The position numbers were made by a program, and so were the translations under genes. The notes under the pieces were generated by a model that was not told the origin of the DNA, made no database searches, and saw only the letters and a program-made list of their open reading frames with translations. A stretch of DNA of 64,000 nucleotides, taken from NCBI GenBank assembly GCA_963771395.1, contig CAVYTY010000029.1:13206-77205 (forward strand), read 5' to 3'. The stretch comes from an uncultured Acidobacteriota bacterium. GTDB taxonomy: Bacteria; Acidobacteriota; Vicinamibacteria; Vicinamibacterales; 2-12-FULL-66-21. Shown here in pieces: positions 1 through 7,948 of the stretch (position 1 is its first letter; each line of letters begins with the position of its first letter).

Positions 1-246
1 AGCATCACCAATCTCGCACTCGGAAATGCGCACGTCGCCGTGCCAGCGATCGGACTCGTAACGGCGATCGATGACCAGGCATTGGCCGAAGGAATTGCGG
101 GCGGCTCGACCGCCGAGCATCTCGCCCACGCGGTCGATCGTCGGACCGGCTTCGTACCCGCCGATGTCTGGCTCGTATGTGAGCTCGCGCACGGGCTTGC
201 GGCCCGATGGCTGAACGATGGCGCGAAGCCTGGATTTGAGATCCAC
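1..246 (-). CDS. RNase H-fold exonuclease, MrfB/YprB-like, N-terminal 82 codons only (gene runs off the window start)
   Basis: GTG at 246-244 lies 1 nt after the helicase stop (TGA 250-248). Translation is VDLKSRLRAIVQPSGRKPVRELTYEPDIGG...VIDRRYESDRWHGDVRI. Assigned mainly by position directly downstream of a YprA/MrfA-type helicase, as in the B. subtilis mrfAB pair, plus weak motif memory. Confidence 0.4.
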   Translation of the reverse strand, partial: MDLKSRLRAIVQPSGRKPVRELTYEPDIGGYEAGPTIDRVGEMLGGRAARNSFGQCLVIDRRYESDRWHGDVRISECEIGDA

Positions 247-247
247 G

Positions 248-2834
248 TCAGTGCCCGTCCTCGATCGCCGCGTGATTTCGGCCTGGCACCGGAAGCAGCA
301 GATCGTCGAGGAGCCGCAGCGCTACCTCCTTGGCGTGGGGTCCGGTGTTGCCTTCTGGCCCGACGCAGGATGGACAGCCCGACTCGCACGGACAGCCGAC
401 AATCAGGTCGCGCGTGCGATCGAGCAGCAGCAGGTGCATCTCGTACAGCGGCCGGCTGAATCCGATGCCGCCCGGATAGTTGTCGTAGATGAAGATGTTC
501 GGCTCGGCGGCGAGCGCGGCGGTGGTGTCTGCGCCAGCATTACTCAATGCGCTTGGGGCCCCACCCCCAAGCGCTCTCGCTCGGCGACTTCGCGCCTCGC
601 TCGGGCCGCGGGCGCCCGTTCGTGGCGCTCGCTCGAGCGTCCCACCGTCCACCGAGAGCCCGATATCGTGCCGATCGCACATCAGCAGAAGCTGCGCGAT
701 GTTGCGCATCGCGAACGCGAGCCCGACGACGCCGTCGCGCCGGTCGTCGCCGCCAAACGGCAGCGCGGCCATGATGGACGAGGGGATCGTCAGCCAGTAC
801 CGACGAGGTGTGCATCTGCTGCTCCGGCAGGCTGAGCTCGCCCGATCCGACATTCTCGTTCGTATAGAACTTGATCTTCTTGAAGCCGACGACGCGGGAC
901 ACTACATGCACTTCACCGTGGGACTTTCCCGCAACATGACCAACCGGGTATTCAGATGCCAACTGCCCGCTTTTCTCAATGCTCGTGGGGCCCCCGCTCT
1001 CACTCGGCGCATCCGCGCCTCGCTCGGGCCGCAGGCGCTCCGCAAACGTCTCGAGTATGGTGACCTTCGTGTACGTGATGGCGTCCGTGTAATAGTCGCA
1101 CTCGACCGCGCGCACGAAGGCCTTGCGCCCATCGAAATCCAGGCGCTCGACCTGATAGAGCTGGCCTTCGACGATGTAGATGGCCTTTTCGTGAAGCGTC
1201 GCCGGTCCGCTCGTGAAATCGGTCTCGCCGATCACGCGTTCACCGTCAGTGGCATCGATCACGACGAAGTTGTCCGACGAGATCGACCGGAGGCTCACCG
1301 CGTCGGCCGGGTAGGACTCGTTGGTCCAGTTCCATTGCCCATCGGCGTGGTGAACGAACTCGTCCTCGGCGAGCACCGCGAGAATTTCCTGGACGTTTTC
1401 GTTTCCGAAGCCCTCGGCGTCGCTGAAAGGCAGCTCGAACGCTGCGCACTTCACGTGGTCCAGCAGGATGTGGAGGTTGTCGGGGTTGATGAGCGCGTGC
1501 TCGGGGGATGCGTCGAAGAAGTACGCCGGGTTGCGGATGATGTACTGATCGATCGGTGCGCTGCTCGCCACGAGCACCGCGGCCGAGCGCGTGGTGCGGC
1601 GGCCCGCGCGGCCCGCGCGCTGCCACGTGGCGGCAATCGTCCCCGGGTAGCCGGCCATCACCGAGACGTCGAGCGCGCCGATGTCGATCCCCAGTTCGAG
1701 CGCGTTGGTGGACACGACCGCGCGCACCTGGCCTTCGCGCAGGCCGCGCTCGATCTCCCGCCGGCGAAGTGGAAGATAGCCGCCCCGGTAGCCGCGGATC
1801 ACGTCGGCGGCGCCGGGTGGACCGTGGAAGGCGTCTTTGAGATAGGTCGTGAGGAGCTCTACCGACAGGCGGCTCTGCGCGAACACGATCAGCTGCAGCT
1901 GGTATTTCAGGAACTCGAGCGACACGCGGCGCGCTTCGGCCAGATACGAGCGCCGGATGCCCAGCTCGGCGTTGACGACCGGCGGGTTCACGAAGAGGAA
2001 GAACTTCTCCCCGCGCGGCGCGCCGCTTTCGTCGACGAGCTCGAATGGTTTCCCGGTCAGCCCTTCCGCCAGCTCGCGGGGGTTGGCGATCGTCGCCGAC
2101 GAGCAGATGAAGATGGGATCAGATCCGTAGTGCTGGCAAACGCGCTGCAAGCGGCGGAGGATGTTCGAGAGATGGCTGCCGAACACGCCGCGATACGCGT
2201 GCAGCTCGTCGATCACGACGAAGCGCAGGTTCTCGAAGAGCTTCGCCCAGCGTGGATGGTGCGGCAGGATCCCCGCGTGCAGCATGTCGGGATTGCTGAG
2301 CACGACATGCGCCTTGCCGCGAATCGCGCGCCGCGCGTCGGATGGCGTGTCTCCATCGTAGGTGAAGACGCCGATCTCGAGATCGTTGTCGCGCGTGACG
2401 AGCTCGGACAACGCGTGCAGCTCGGCGAGCTGGTCCTGCGCGAGCGCCTTGGTCGGAAAGAGGTACAGCGCGCGCGTCGACTGATCCTGAAGGATCGCGT
2501 TGAGGACCGGCGCGTTGTAGCAGAGCGTCTTGCCCGATGCCGTCGGCGTGATCGTCACCACGTTCCGTCCGGCGAGCACGTGCGCAAACGCCTGTGCCTG
2601 GTGCGTGTAGAGCTGACCGATCCCGCGCGCGGAGAGCGAGCCGATGAGGCGCGGGTCAGTGCCTTCCGGGTAGGGTGCAAACGACGCCGCCACCGCAGGC
2701 ATCCGCCGCACGGCCGTCACAATCGGGTCCGCCTCGGCTCCGCCGGGCCTGGGCGAATACGTGATCCGGCTGACCGCCTCCTGGAGCGAACGGTCCTTAT
2801 CGCCCGAGACGACCGGAAGAGTCTGTGGAACCAT
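248..2834 (-). CDS. DEAD/DEAH-box helicase with C-terminal DUF1998/MZB zinc domain (MrfA/YprA-like); frame broken once in this assembly
   Basis: ORFs 540..2834 and 248..853 are in different frames but form one protein. Motifs: TPTASGKT (Walker A), VVIDELH (DExH), SSATIANP, QRAGRAGR (motif VI), then YWLTIPSS...NIFIYDNYPGGIGFS...CPCESGCPSCV. The frames join at HTSS|YWLTIP only if one base at 797-801 (GTACC) is removed. Two GC-rich repeat copies lie inside the ORF. Confidence 0.9.
543..638. repeat. GC-rich palindromic element, copy 1, inside the helicase ORF
   Basis: Perfect 10-bp stem GCGCTTGGGG (549-558) / CCCCAAGCGC (565-574). The 42-nt core TCTCGCTCGGCGACTTCGCGCCTCGCTCGGGCCGCGGGCGCC matches copy 2 at 36 of 42 positions. 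Confidence 0.8.
975..1056. repeat. GC-rich element, copy 2, inside the helicase ORF (9-nt deletion removes one stem arm)
   Basis: CTCAATGCTCGTGGGGCCCCCGCTCTCACTCGGCGCATCCGCGCCTCGCTCGGGCCGCAGGCGCT aligns with 543-616 in the same orientation. It is translated in a different frame from copy 1. Confidence 0.8.
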
Positions 2835-2943
2835 AAGCGGAAACCGATGCAGCCAAAGGGATTGCGGGTCCGATGGTAGCAGTCCTTGCGCAGGCGATCA
2901 AGAGGCGAAAGGCAGGAAAGGAGATAGGAGATCGGAGTTAGTC

Positions 2944-4275
2944 CTACCGTGTCACCTCTTCAGCCCGTATCGGAGTCCTCGCAATCCTCGCCACAATCGC
3001 ACTCAACCCCAGGACTCCGATCAAATTGGGAAACACCTGCAGCGTGTTCATCAGGTCGCCCCATGCCCACACGACTTCGACGCGCGAGATGGCGCCGAAG
3101 GGAATGAGCAGGCAGAAGATCCACCGATAGGGCGTCGCCACCTTGCGGCCGAGGATGTACTCGAAGAACTGCTCGCCGTAGTACGCCCAGCCGATGAGCG
3201 TCGTGTAGCCGAAGAGGAACGTGCAGAACGCGACGATCCATCCGCCGACGACGGGCATGACCGAGTTGAAGCCGGCGGCGACGGCGGCCGTGCTCGTCAG
3301 ACCTGACTGCCAGGCGCCGGTCAGGAGGATCGTCATCGCGGAGATGGTCGAGGTCACGAACGAGACGATAAACGTCTCCATGACCGCGTTCAGGCCCTGC
3401 TGCGCGGGTTGGTTGCTTTGCGCCGTGCCGTAGGCAACGGCCGCCGTGCCGTAGCCGGCCTCGTTCGCGTAGACGCCGCGCGCGATGCCGTAGCGCATGG
3501 CGATGAACATCCCGAACCCGAACGCCGAGTGCATGGTGAGCGCTTCGCGCACGACCATCTTGAGCACGTCAGGGATCCGCCCGGCGTTCATCAGGATCAC
3601 GACGAGGCCGCCCACCAGATAGAGGCCGACCTTGAGAGGCGAGAGCTTCTCGGCCGCCCTGCCGATCGACTTGATCCCGCCGATGATGACGAGCCACGTC
3701 AACACCGCGATGGCAATCCCTGAGACGATGCGCGGGATCCCCAGCACAGAGTTCAGCACGAGCGCCATGGAGTTGGGCTGCGTGAAGGGTGTGGTGGTGA
3801 GCGCGGCGACGGCCGCCACGAATGCAAAGAGCCACGCGAGGAAGGGCGACCGCAGGCCGTCACGCAGGTAGTACATCGGACCCGACAGGACCTGATCGCC
3901 TCGGGCGTCTCGGAATGTCATCCCGAGCACGGCCTCGGCGAACTTGATCGCGGTCGCGACGAACCCGTACACCCAGATCCAGAAGAGGGCACCCGGACCG
4001 CCTGACACGATCGCGGTCGCCACGCCGGCGATGTTGCCCGTGCCGATGGAGGCACCGAGCGCCGTCATGAACGCCTGAAACGGCGTGAGCGCGCCATCGC
4101 GCCCGCTGCCCCGCCGGACGAACGCGACGCGGCAGGCCTCGCCGAAACGCCGCACCTGCACGAACCCGGTCCGGATCGTCAGGAACAACCCCGCCCCGAG
4201 CAGCAGGATCACGACCCACGGCATGAAGAGACCGTCGGCCGCGGATTGAATCAGGGTTGCAAGCGCTTCGGACAT
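2944..4275 (-). CDS. alanine/glycine:cation symporter (AGCS family)
   Basis: Intact 443-aa ORF. N-terminus MSEALATLIQSAADGLFMPWVVILLLGAGLFLTIRTGFVQ and TPFQAFMTALGASIGTGNIAGVATAI are typical of sodium:alanine symporters. Many hydrophobic segments. Confidence 0.9.
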   Translation of the reverse strand: MSEALATLIQSAADGLFMPWVVILLLGAGLFLTIRTGFVQVRRFGEACRVAFVRRGSGRDGALTPFQAFMTALGASIGTGNIAGVATAIVSGGPGALFWIWVYGFVATAIKFAEAVLGMTFRDARGDQVLSGPMYYLRDGLRSPFLAWLFAFVAAVAALTTTPFTQPNSMALVLNSVLGIPRIVSGIAIAVLTWLVIIGGIKSIGRAAEKLSPLKVGLYLVGGLVVILMNAGRIPDVLKMVVREALTMHSAFGFGMFIAMRYGIARGVYANEAGYGTAAVAYGTAQSNQPAQQGLNAVMETFIVSFVTSTISAMTILLTGAWQSGLTSTAAVAAGFNSVMPVVGGWIVAFCTFLFGYTTLIGWAYYGEQFFEYILGRKVATPYRWIFCLLIPFGAISRVEVVWAWGDLMNTLQVFPNLIGVLGLSAIVARIARTPIRAEEVTR

Positions 4276-4464
4276 GGAGCGTGGTTATATCACGCGGCTC
4301 GCGGCGCCGGCGGAAATCCCGTGGTTTGCCGCGTCCAAAAGCTTCTCACCGCCGAGCACGCCGAGTCCGCAGAGACAGACCCATATCGCTCCGCGTTCTC
4401 GGCGACCTCTGTCGGTGGAAAGGCTCTTGGACAGCAGGCGGTGATGAATGGCCGGAACTAGAAA

Positions 4465-5244
4465 CTAGATGTTCGACCGCCCCTGACATCCATCGACGGG
4501 AATGCACGCACCGCTGACCCAGCTGGCGCGCGGGGACGCGAGGAACGCGACCGCCGCTCCGACTTCCTCAGGACGCCCGAAGCGGCCGAACGGCAGCTCG
4601 CGGCGCACGAACTCCGCGATCCCGCCAGGATCCGCCTGCTGTCGCCGGTGCCAGGAGCCGCCGGGAAAGAGGATGGAGCCTGGCGCGACGCTGTTCACGC
4701 GGATGTTGAGCGGGGCGAGCTGTTGCGCGAGCGACTTGGCGAGGCTGATTTCGGCCGCCTTCACGGCGTTGTACGTCATCCGGCCGCCGGCCTCGCGACC
4801 GTAGATCGAGGCAATCATGACGATCGATCCGCCACCGCGCTGCCGCATGTGCGGCACCGCGAGGCGTGACGCGCGGATCGCCGGAAAGAGCGTCTCGTCG
4901 AACGCCGCCTGCCACTCGGCGTCCGATGTGTCCAGGAGGTCCGATCCGCCGGCGCGGCCCACGTTGTTCACGAGCACGTCGAGCCCGCCGAAGGCGTCGA
5001 CGGCCTTCTCGATCACGCGCTCGACGCCGTCCGTGGTCGAGACGTCGGCCTGAACGGTCGCGACCAGATTGGGACGCTTGGCCACAGCCTCGACCTCGAG
5101 CGCGGCCTCCGCCAGCCGCTCGTCGCCGCGCGCGCACAGACAGACGCGGCAGCCTTCGGCCACGAGCGCTCTGGCGCTCGCGAGTCCGAGTCCGCGACTC
5201 GAGCCGGTGACGATCGCAACTTTGTCGACGAGTCCGAGATCCAT
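4465..5244 (-). CDS. SDR family oxidoreductase
   Basis: ORF 4465..5397 trimmed to ATG 5244. VAIVTGSSRGLGLA is the TGxxxGxG motif and YNAVKAA is the YxxxK motif. The 51 upstream ORF codons are translated repeat DNA (5270-5353). Confidence 0.85.
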   Translation of the reverse strand: MDLGLVDKVAIVTGSSRGLGLASARALVAEGCRVCLCARGDERLAEAALEVEAVAKRPNLVATVQADVSTTDGVERVIEKAVDAFGGLDVLVNNVGRAGGSDLLDTSDAEWQAAFDETLFPAIRASRLAVPHMRQRGGGSIVMIASIYGREAGGRMTYNAVKAAEISLAKSLAQQLAPLNIRVNSVAPGSILFPGGSWHRRQQADPGGIAEFVRRELPFGRFGRPEEVGAAVAFLASPRASWVSGACIPVDGCQGRSNI

Positions 5245-5269
5245 GAAGTCAGTGGGTGAATGGGTGTAC

Positions 5270-5353
5270 GGCTCTGGGCTCTCGGCTTTTGGCTCTCGGC
5301 TTTGGGCTCTAGCAAGACCTTTGCGATCGCGCTCGAGGATCTTGCCTAGAGCC
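5270..5353. repeat. tandem-motif hairpin element, GGCTC-unit family with conserved core
   Basis: GGCTCTGGGCTCTCGGCTTTTGGCTCTCGGCTTTGGGCTCTAGCAAG...CTTGCCTAGAGCC. The 37-nt core at 5309-5345 has the same ends (CTAGCAA...TCGAGGATCTTGC) as 17755-17791. Confidence 0.75.
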
Positions 5354-5357
5354 GCGT

Positions 5358-6212
5358 CTACTCGATCCGTCCGCCGGTCAGATCGTTCAGCCGCCAATCG
5401 AAGGCTTGGAACGTGACCTTGAAGCGGTTCTCGTCGAGGAACTCACGCTCGAGCGGCAAAACGTGGGGGGTGATGAACGCGATGAGCGCCCGCTCGATCG
5501 GGGAGCGCGTCGCGAAGCGCTCGCCCGCCTTCGAGCCAAACGCCGCGACGAATTCCGCCTCGTGCCAACTGACGATCGACGTCGTCGACACCTGACCGCC
5601 CGCCCGATCGACCTTGAGCAGGCGCTGCCGCGTCACGAACTCGGCCTGAATCGACTCGAGCTGCTCGGGCAACCGCGCCGCCGTGTAGGCTTCACTCCGC
5701 AGACGGCCGCTGCCGACGGCGCCGCGGCCGAGGGCGAGCGACAGCCGCGGCTCGTTGAACTCCGCGAGGATGGTCTTCTCGATCTCGTCGAGCGTCACGC
5801 TCCGCCCCGCCGCCCGGAACTTCATCTGATCGAACGCGCCTGGAACCTGGCGGATGCTCGATGCCGGGTACGTGCTGCTCGTCCCTTTGATCGGATAGCG
5901 GCTGACGACGGTCTGCAGTACGAACGCGTTGTACGCATTCACCCAGAACGCCATCTTCGCTTCTCGCGACCAGGCGTCATAGGTGGCCGTCGAGACGTTG
6001 AGCGATGCCACATAGCGATCGAGCGCGCCGCGCGACGACTGCAGCGCCCGATAGTAGACCAGTCCGTCGCGGACGTTGACGTCGAGGATCTGATCGAGCG
6101 CCCGGTGAAACGGATCGCTGCCTGGAGGCAGCGGGGGCTGCTGCGCGCTCCGCGCCGGCGCGAAACCGAGAACGAACGCCAGCACGACGGTGGAGACAAA
6201 AGCACCACGCAT
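5358..6212 (-). CDS. DUF547 domain protein, secreted
   Basis: ORF 5358..6299 trimmed to ATG 6212, giving signal peptide MRGAFVSTVVLAFVLGFAPARSAQQ. Blocks FWVNAYNAFVLQTVV and VTLDEIEKTIL are as in DUF547. Confidence 0.8.
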   Translation of the reverse strand: MRGAFVSTVVLAFVLGFAPARSAQQPPLPPGSDPFHRALDQILDVNVRDGLVYYRALQSSRGALDRYVASLNVSTATYDAWSREAKMAFWVNAYNAFVLQTVVSRYPIKGTSSTYPASSIRQVPGAFDQMKFRAAGRSVTLDEIEKTILAEFNEPRLSLALGRGAVGSGRLRSEAYTAARLPEQLESIQAEFVTRQRLLKVDRAGGQVSTTSIVSWHEAEFVAAFGSKAGERFATRSPIERALIAFITPHVLPLEREFLDENRFKVTFQAFDWRLNDLTGGRIE

Positions 6213-6264
6213 CTTGTTATCGTATGCCACGCCGTCGGACATCTCTATGCCAAAAGGCATAGCG

Positions 6265-7071
6265 TCAAAAGACACGCGACAGAAACCTCGCGAGCGCACT
6301 CGAAAAACCCTCCGGCGCCTCGAGGTTCGAGAGGTGCCCCACGCGCGGCAGCACGACCAGCTCCGCCCTGGGAATGGAGCAGGCGAGGAGCTCGGCGTCG
6401 GCGGCGGGGGTCACCGTATCCTCCTGCCCCACGATGACGAGCGCGGGACAGCTGATGCGCCGGAGGTCCGGCGTCGAGTCCGGACGGTTGATGAGCGCGT
6501 GCAACGCGGCGTCAATCGCATCCGGCTGGTTCGCCTCCATGATGCGACGAGCCTCGGCGAGGACCTGCGGACGTTCGCGGTGCGTGGTCTCGCCGACGAG
6601 CTTCGGGAGCAGCGTGTCCACAACCGCGCTCACGCCTCTTCCCCGGAGCAACTCTGACGTCGCGCGCCGGCCGGCCTGGCCTTCCGGCGTATCCGCCTGG
6701 GCCTTCGTATCGGCCAGGACCACGCCCGCGAATCGGCCCGGCGCCTGCCGGAAAAGGGCGAACGTGACATAGCCGCCCATCGACAGGCCTCCTATCACCG
6801 CCGTCTCGATTCCCAATGCGTCCATGAGTGCGACCACGTCGCCGGCGTACGCGTCCATGGTCAACAACGCGTCCACCTCGGGCGTCCCGGCGCCGAATCC
6901 GCGGAGATCAGGCGCGATGAATCGCCAGCCGTCAGGCACGTGGTCGATTTGGGCCTGCCACATGTCGGCGTTGAAAGGGAATGCGTGGAGGAGGAGGAGC
7001 GGCCGCCCCCTCCCGGCTTCGAGGTACCGCGTTGCCCGGCCGTTCAATGTCGCCTGCCGTTCGAGAACCAT
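6265..7071 (-). CDS. alpha/beta hydrolase (3-oxoadipate enol-lactonase-like)
   Basis: Intact 268-aa ORF. LLLLHAFPFNADMW, nucleophile elbow GLSMGG, C-terminal VGHLSNLE. Confidence 0.85.
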   Translation of the reverse strand: MVLERQATLNGRATRYLEAGRGRPLLLLHAFPFNADMWQAQIDHVPDGWRFIAPDLRGFGAGTPEVDALLTMDAYAGDVVALMDALGIETAVIGGLSMGGYVTFALFRQAPGRFAGVVLADTKAQADTPEGQAGRRATSELLRGRGVSAVVDTLLPKLVGETTHRERPQVLAEARRIMEANQPDAIDAALHALINRPDSTPDLRRISCPALVIVGQEDTVTPAADAELLACSIPRAELVVLPRVGHLSNLEAPEGFSSALARFLSRVF

Positions 7072-7181
7072 GATCGAATGATAGTGTCAAACGTCGTGAC
7101 GAGTGGACAGGGATCAATTTGACGGGGCTCGGAACCACACCCCGCGCTGCGAAGATAATATCGATCATCCTGGAGAATCCA

Positions 7182-7934
7182 ATGCAGATGCGCACGCGTC
7201 CCCGCTCGATCGCCGCAATGTTTCTCGCGCTCGCGCTCGCGCCCTCGTCTGCGGCTGCGCAGACGGCGGATGACATCATCACCCGTCACATCGCGGCGCG
7301 GGGCGGCCGGGACAAGCTCACGTCAATCCAGACGGTGAAGATGACGCGAACGGTGGCGAGCGGGATCGGGACGACGCTCAAAGTCATCGTCTACAAGAAG
7401 CGGCCCAACCTCATGCGAGTCGAGCAGGGACCGGCGGCACCTGGTGCGACAATGACGCCTCGAGGCATCAATGCGGACGCGGTCTGGGACATGGTGCAGG
7501 GCAAGGCGGTGCCTCGTCAGCCGCAGCTGGCCGCCGAGTCGCGAGAAGTCGACGGTGACTTCGATGGGCTGCTCGTCGACTGGCGGGAGAAGGGCCATGC
7601 CGTCGCGCTCGCGGGGCGGGAGACATTGCCCGGCGGCGACACCTACAAGCTCACGGTGACGCTCAAGAGCGGCCTGGTACGAACCATCTACCTCGACGCC
7701 CGCACATACCTCGACCGTCGTCACACGGGAGTGCTCAACCTGCCGAACGGCCGCAGGTTCGATATCACGATCGACTTCGACAACTGGCGCGACGTCGATG
7801 GCGTGAAGTTCCCATTCGACGTCATGGAAGAGCGAACGGGCAAGGAACCGGTCGTCACGCTCGTCACATACACCGAGAAGATCGAGGTCAACGTGCCGAT
7901 GGAGGACGCGCTCTTCGCCGCGCCCGTGAAGTGA
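7182..7934 (+). CDS. secreted hypothetical protein (possibly LolA-like fold)
   Basis: ORF 7119..7934 trimmed to ATG 7182 behind GGAGAA (7172-7177). Signal peptide MQMRTRPRSIAAMFLALALAPSSAAAQ. Beta-rich sequence with no catalytic motif recognised. Confidence 0.6.
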   Translation: MQMRTRPRSIAAMFLALALAPSSAAAQTADDIITRHIAARGGRDKLTSIQTVKMTRTVASGIGTTLKVIVYKKRPNLMRVEQGPAAPGATMTPRGINADAVWDMVQGKAVPRQPQLAAESREVDGDFDGLLVDWREKGHAVALAGRETLPGGDTYKLTVTLKSGLVRTIYLDARTYLDRRHTGVLNLPNGRRFDITIDFDNWRDVDGVKFPFDVMEERTGKEPVVTLVTYTEKIEVNVPMEDALFAAPVK

Positions 7935-7948
7935 CCGCGACCGCCTCT

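Noticed and set aside
489-2879. 796-aa plus-strand ORF, the longest ORF in the first 3 kb
   Set aside because: It is antisense to a helicase with clear motifs. Its translation is Arg/Ala/Gly-rich with no recognisable motif, as expected for shadow ORFs in high-GC DNA. The same applies to 18353..20206 (+), 36366..38300 (-), 59709..61481 (-) and 61953..63653 (-), which are antisense to the permease, the tricorn protease and the TonB receptor.
4276-4464. Possible glycine riboswitch in the 190-nt leader of the alanine/glycine:cation symporter gene
   Set aside because: AGCS genes are often glycine-riboswitch controlled, and the leader has vaguely similar pieces (CTCTGCGGAC, GTCGCCGAGAAC, GGCAAACCACGGGA). 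The hallmark blocks (GGAGAG, CGCCGAAGGAGCAA, CUCAGGCAAAAGGAC) are absent, and I cannot build the P1-P3 helices by eye. A covariance-model search with RF00504 would settle it.
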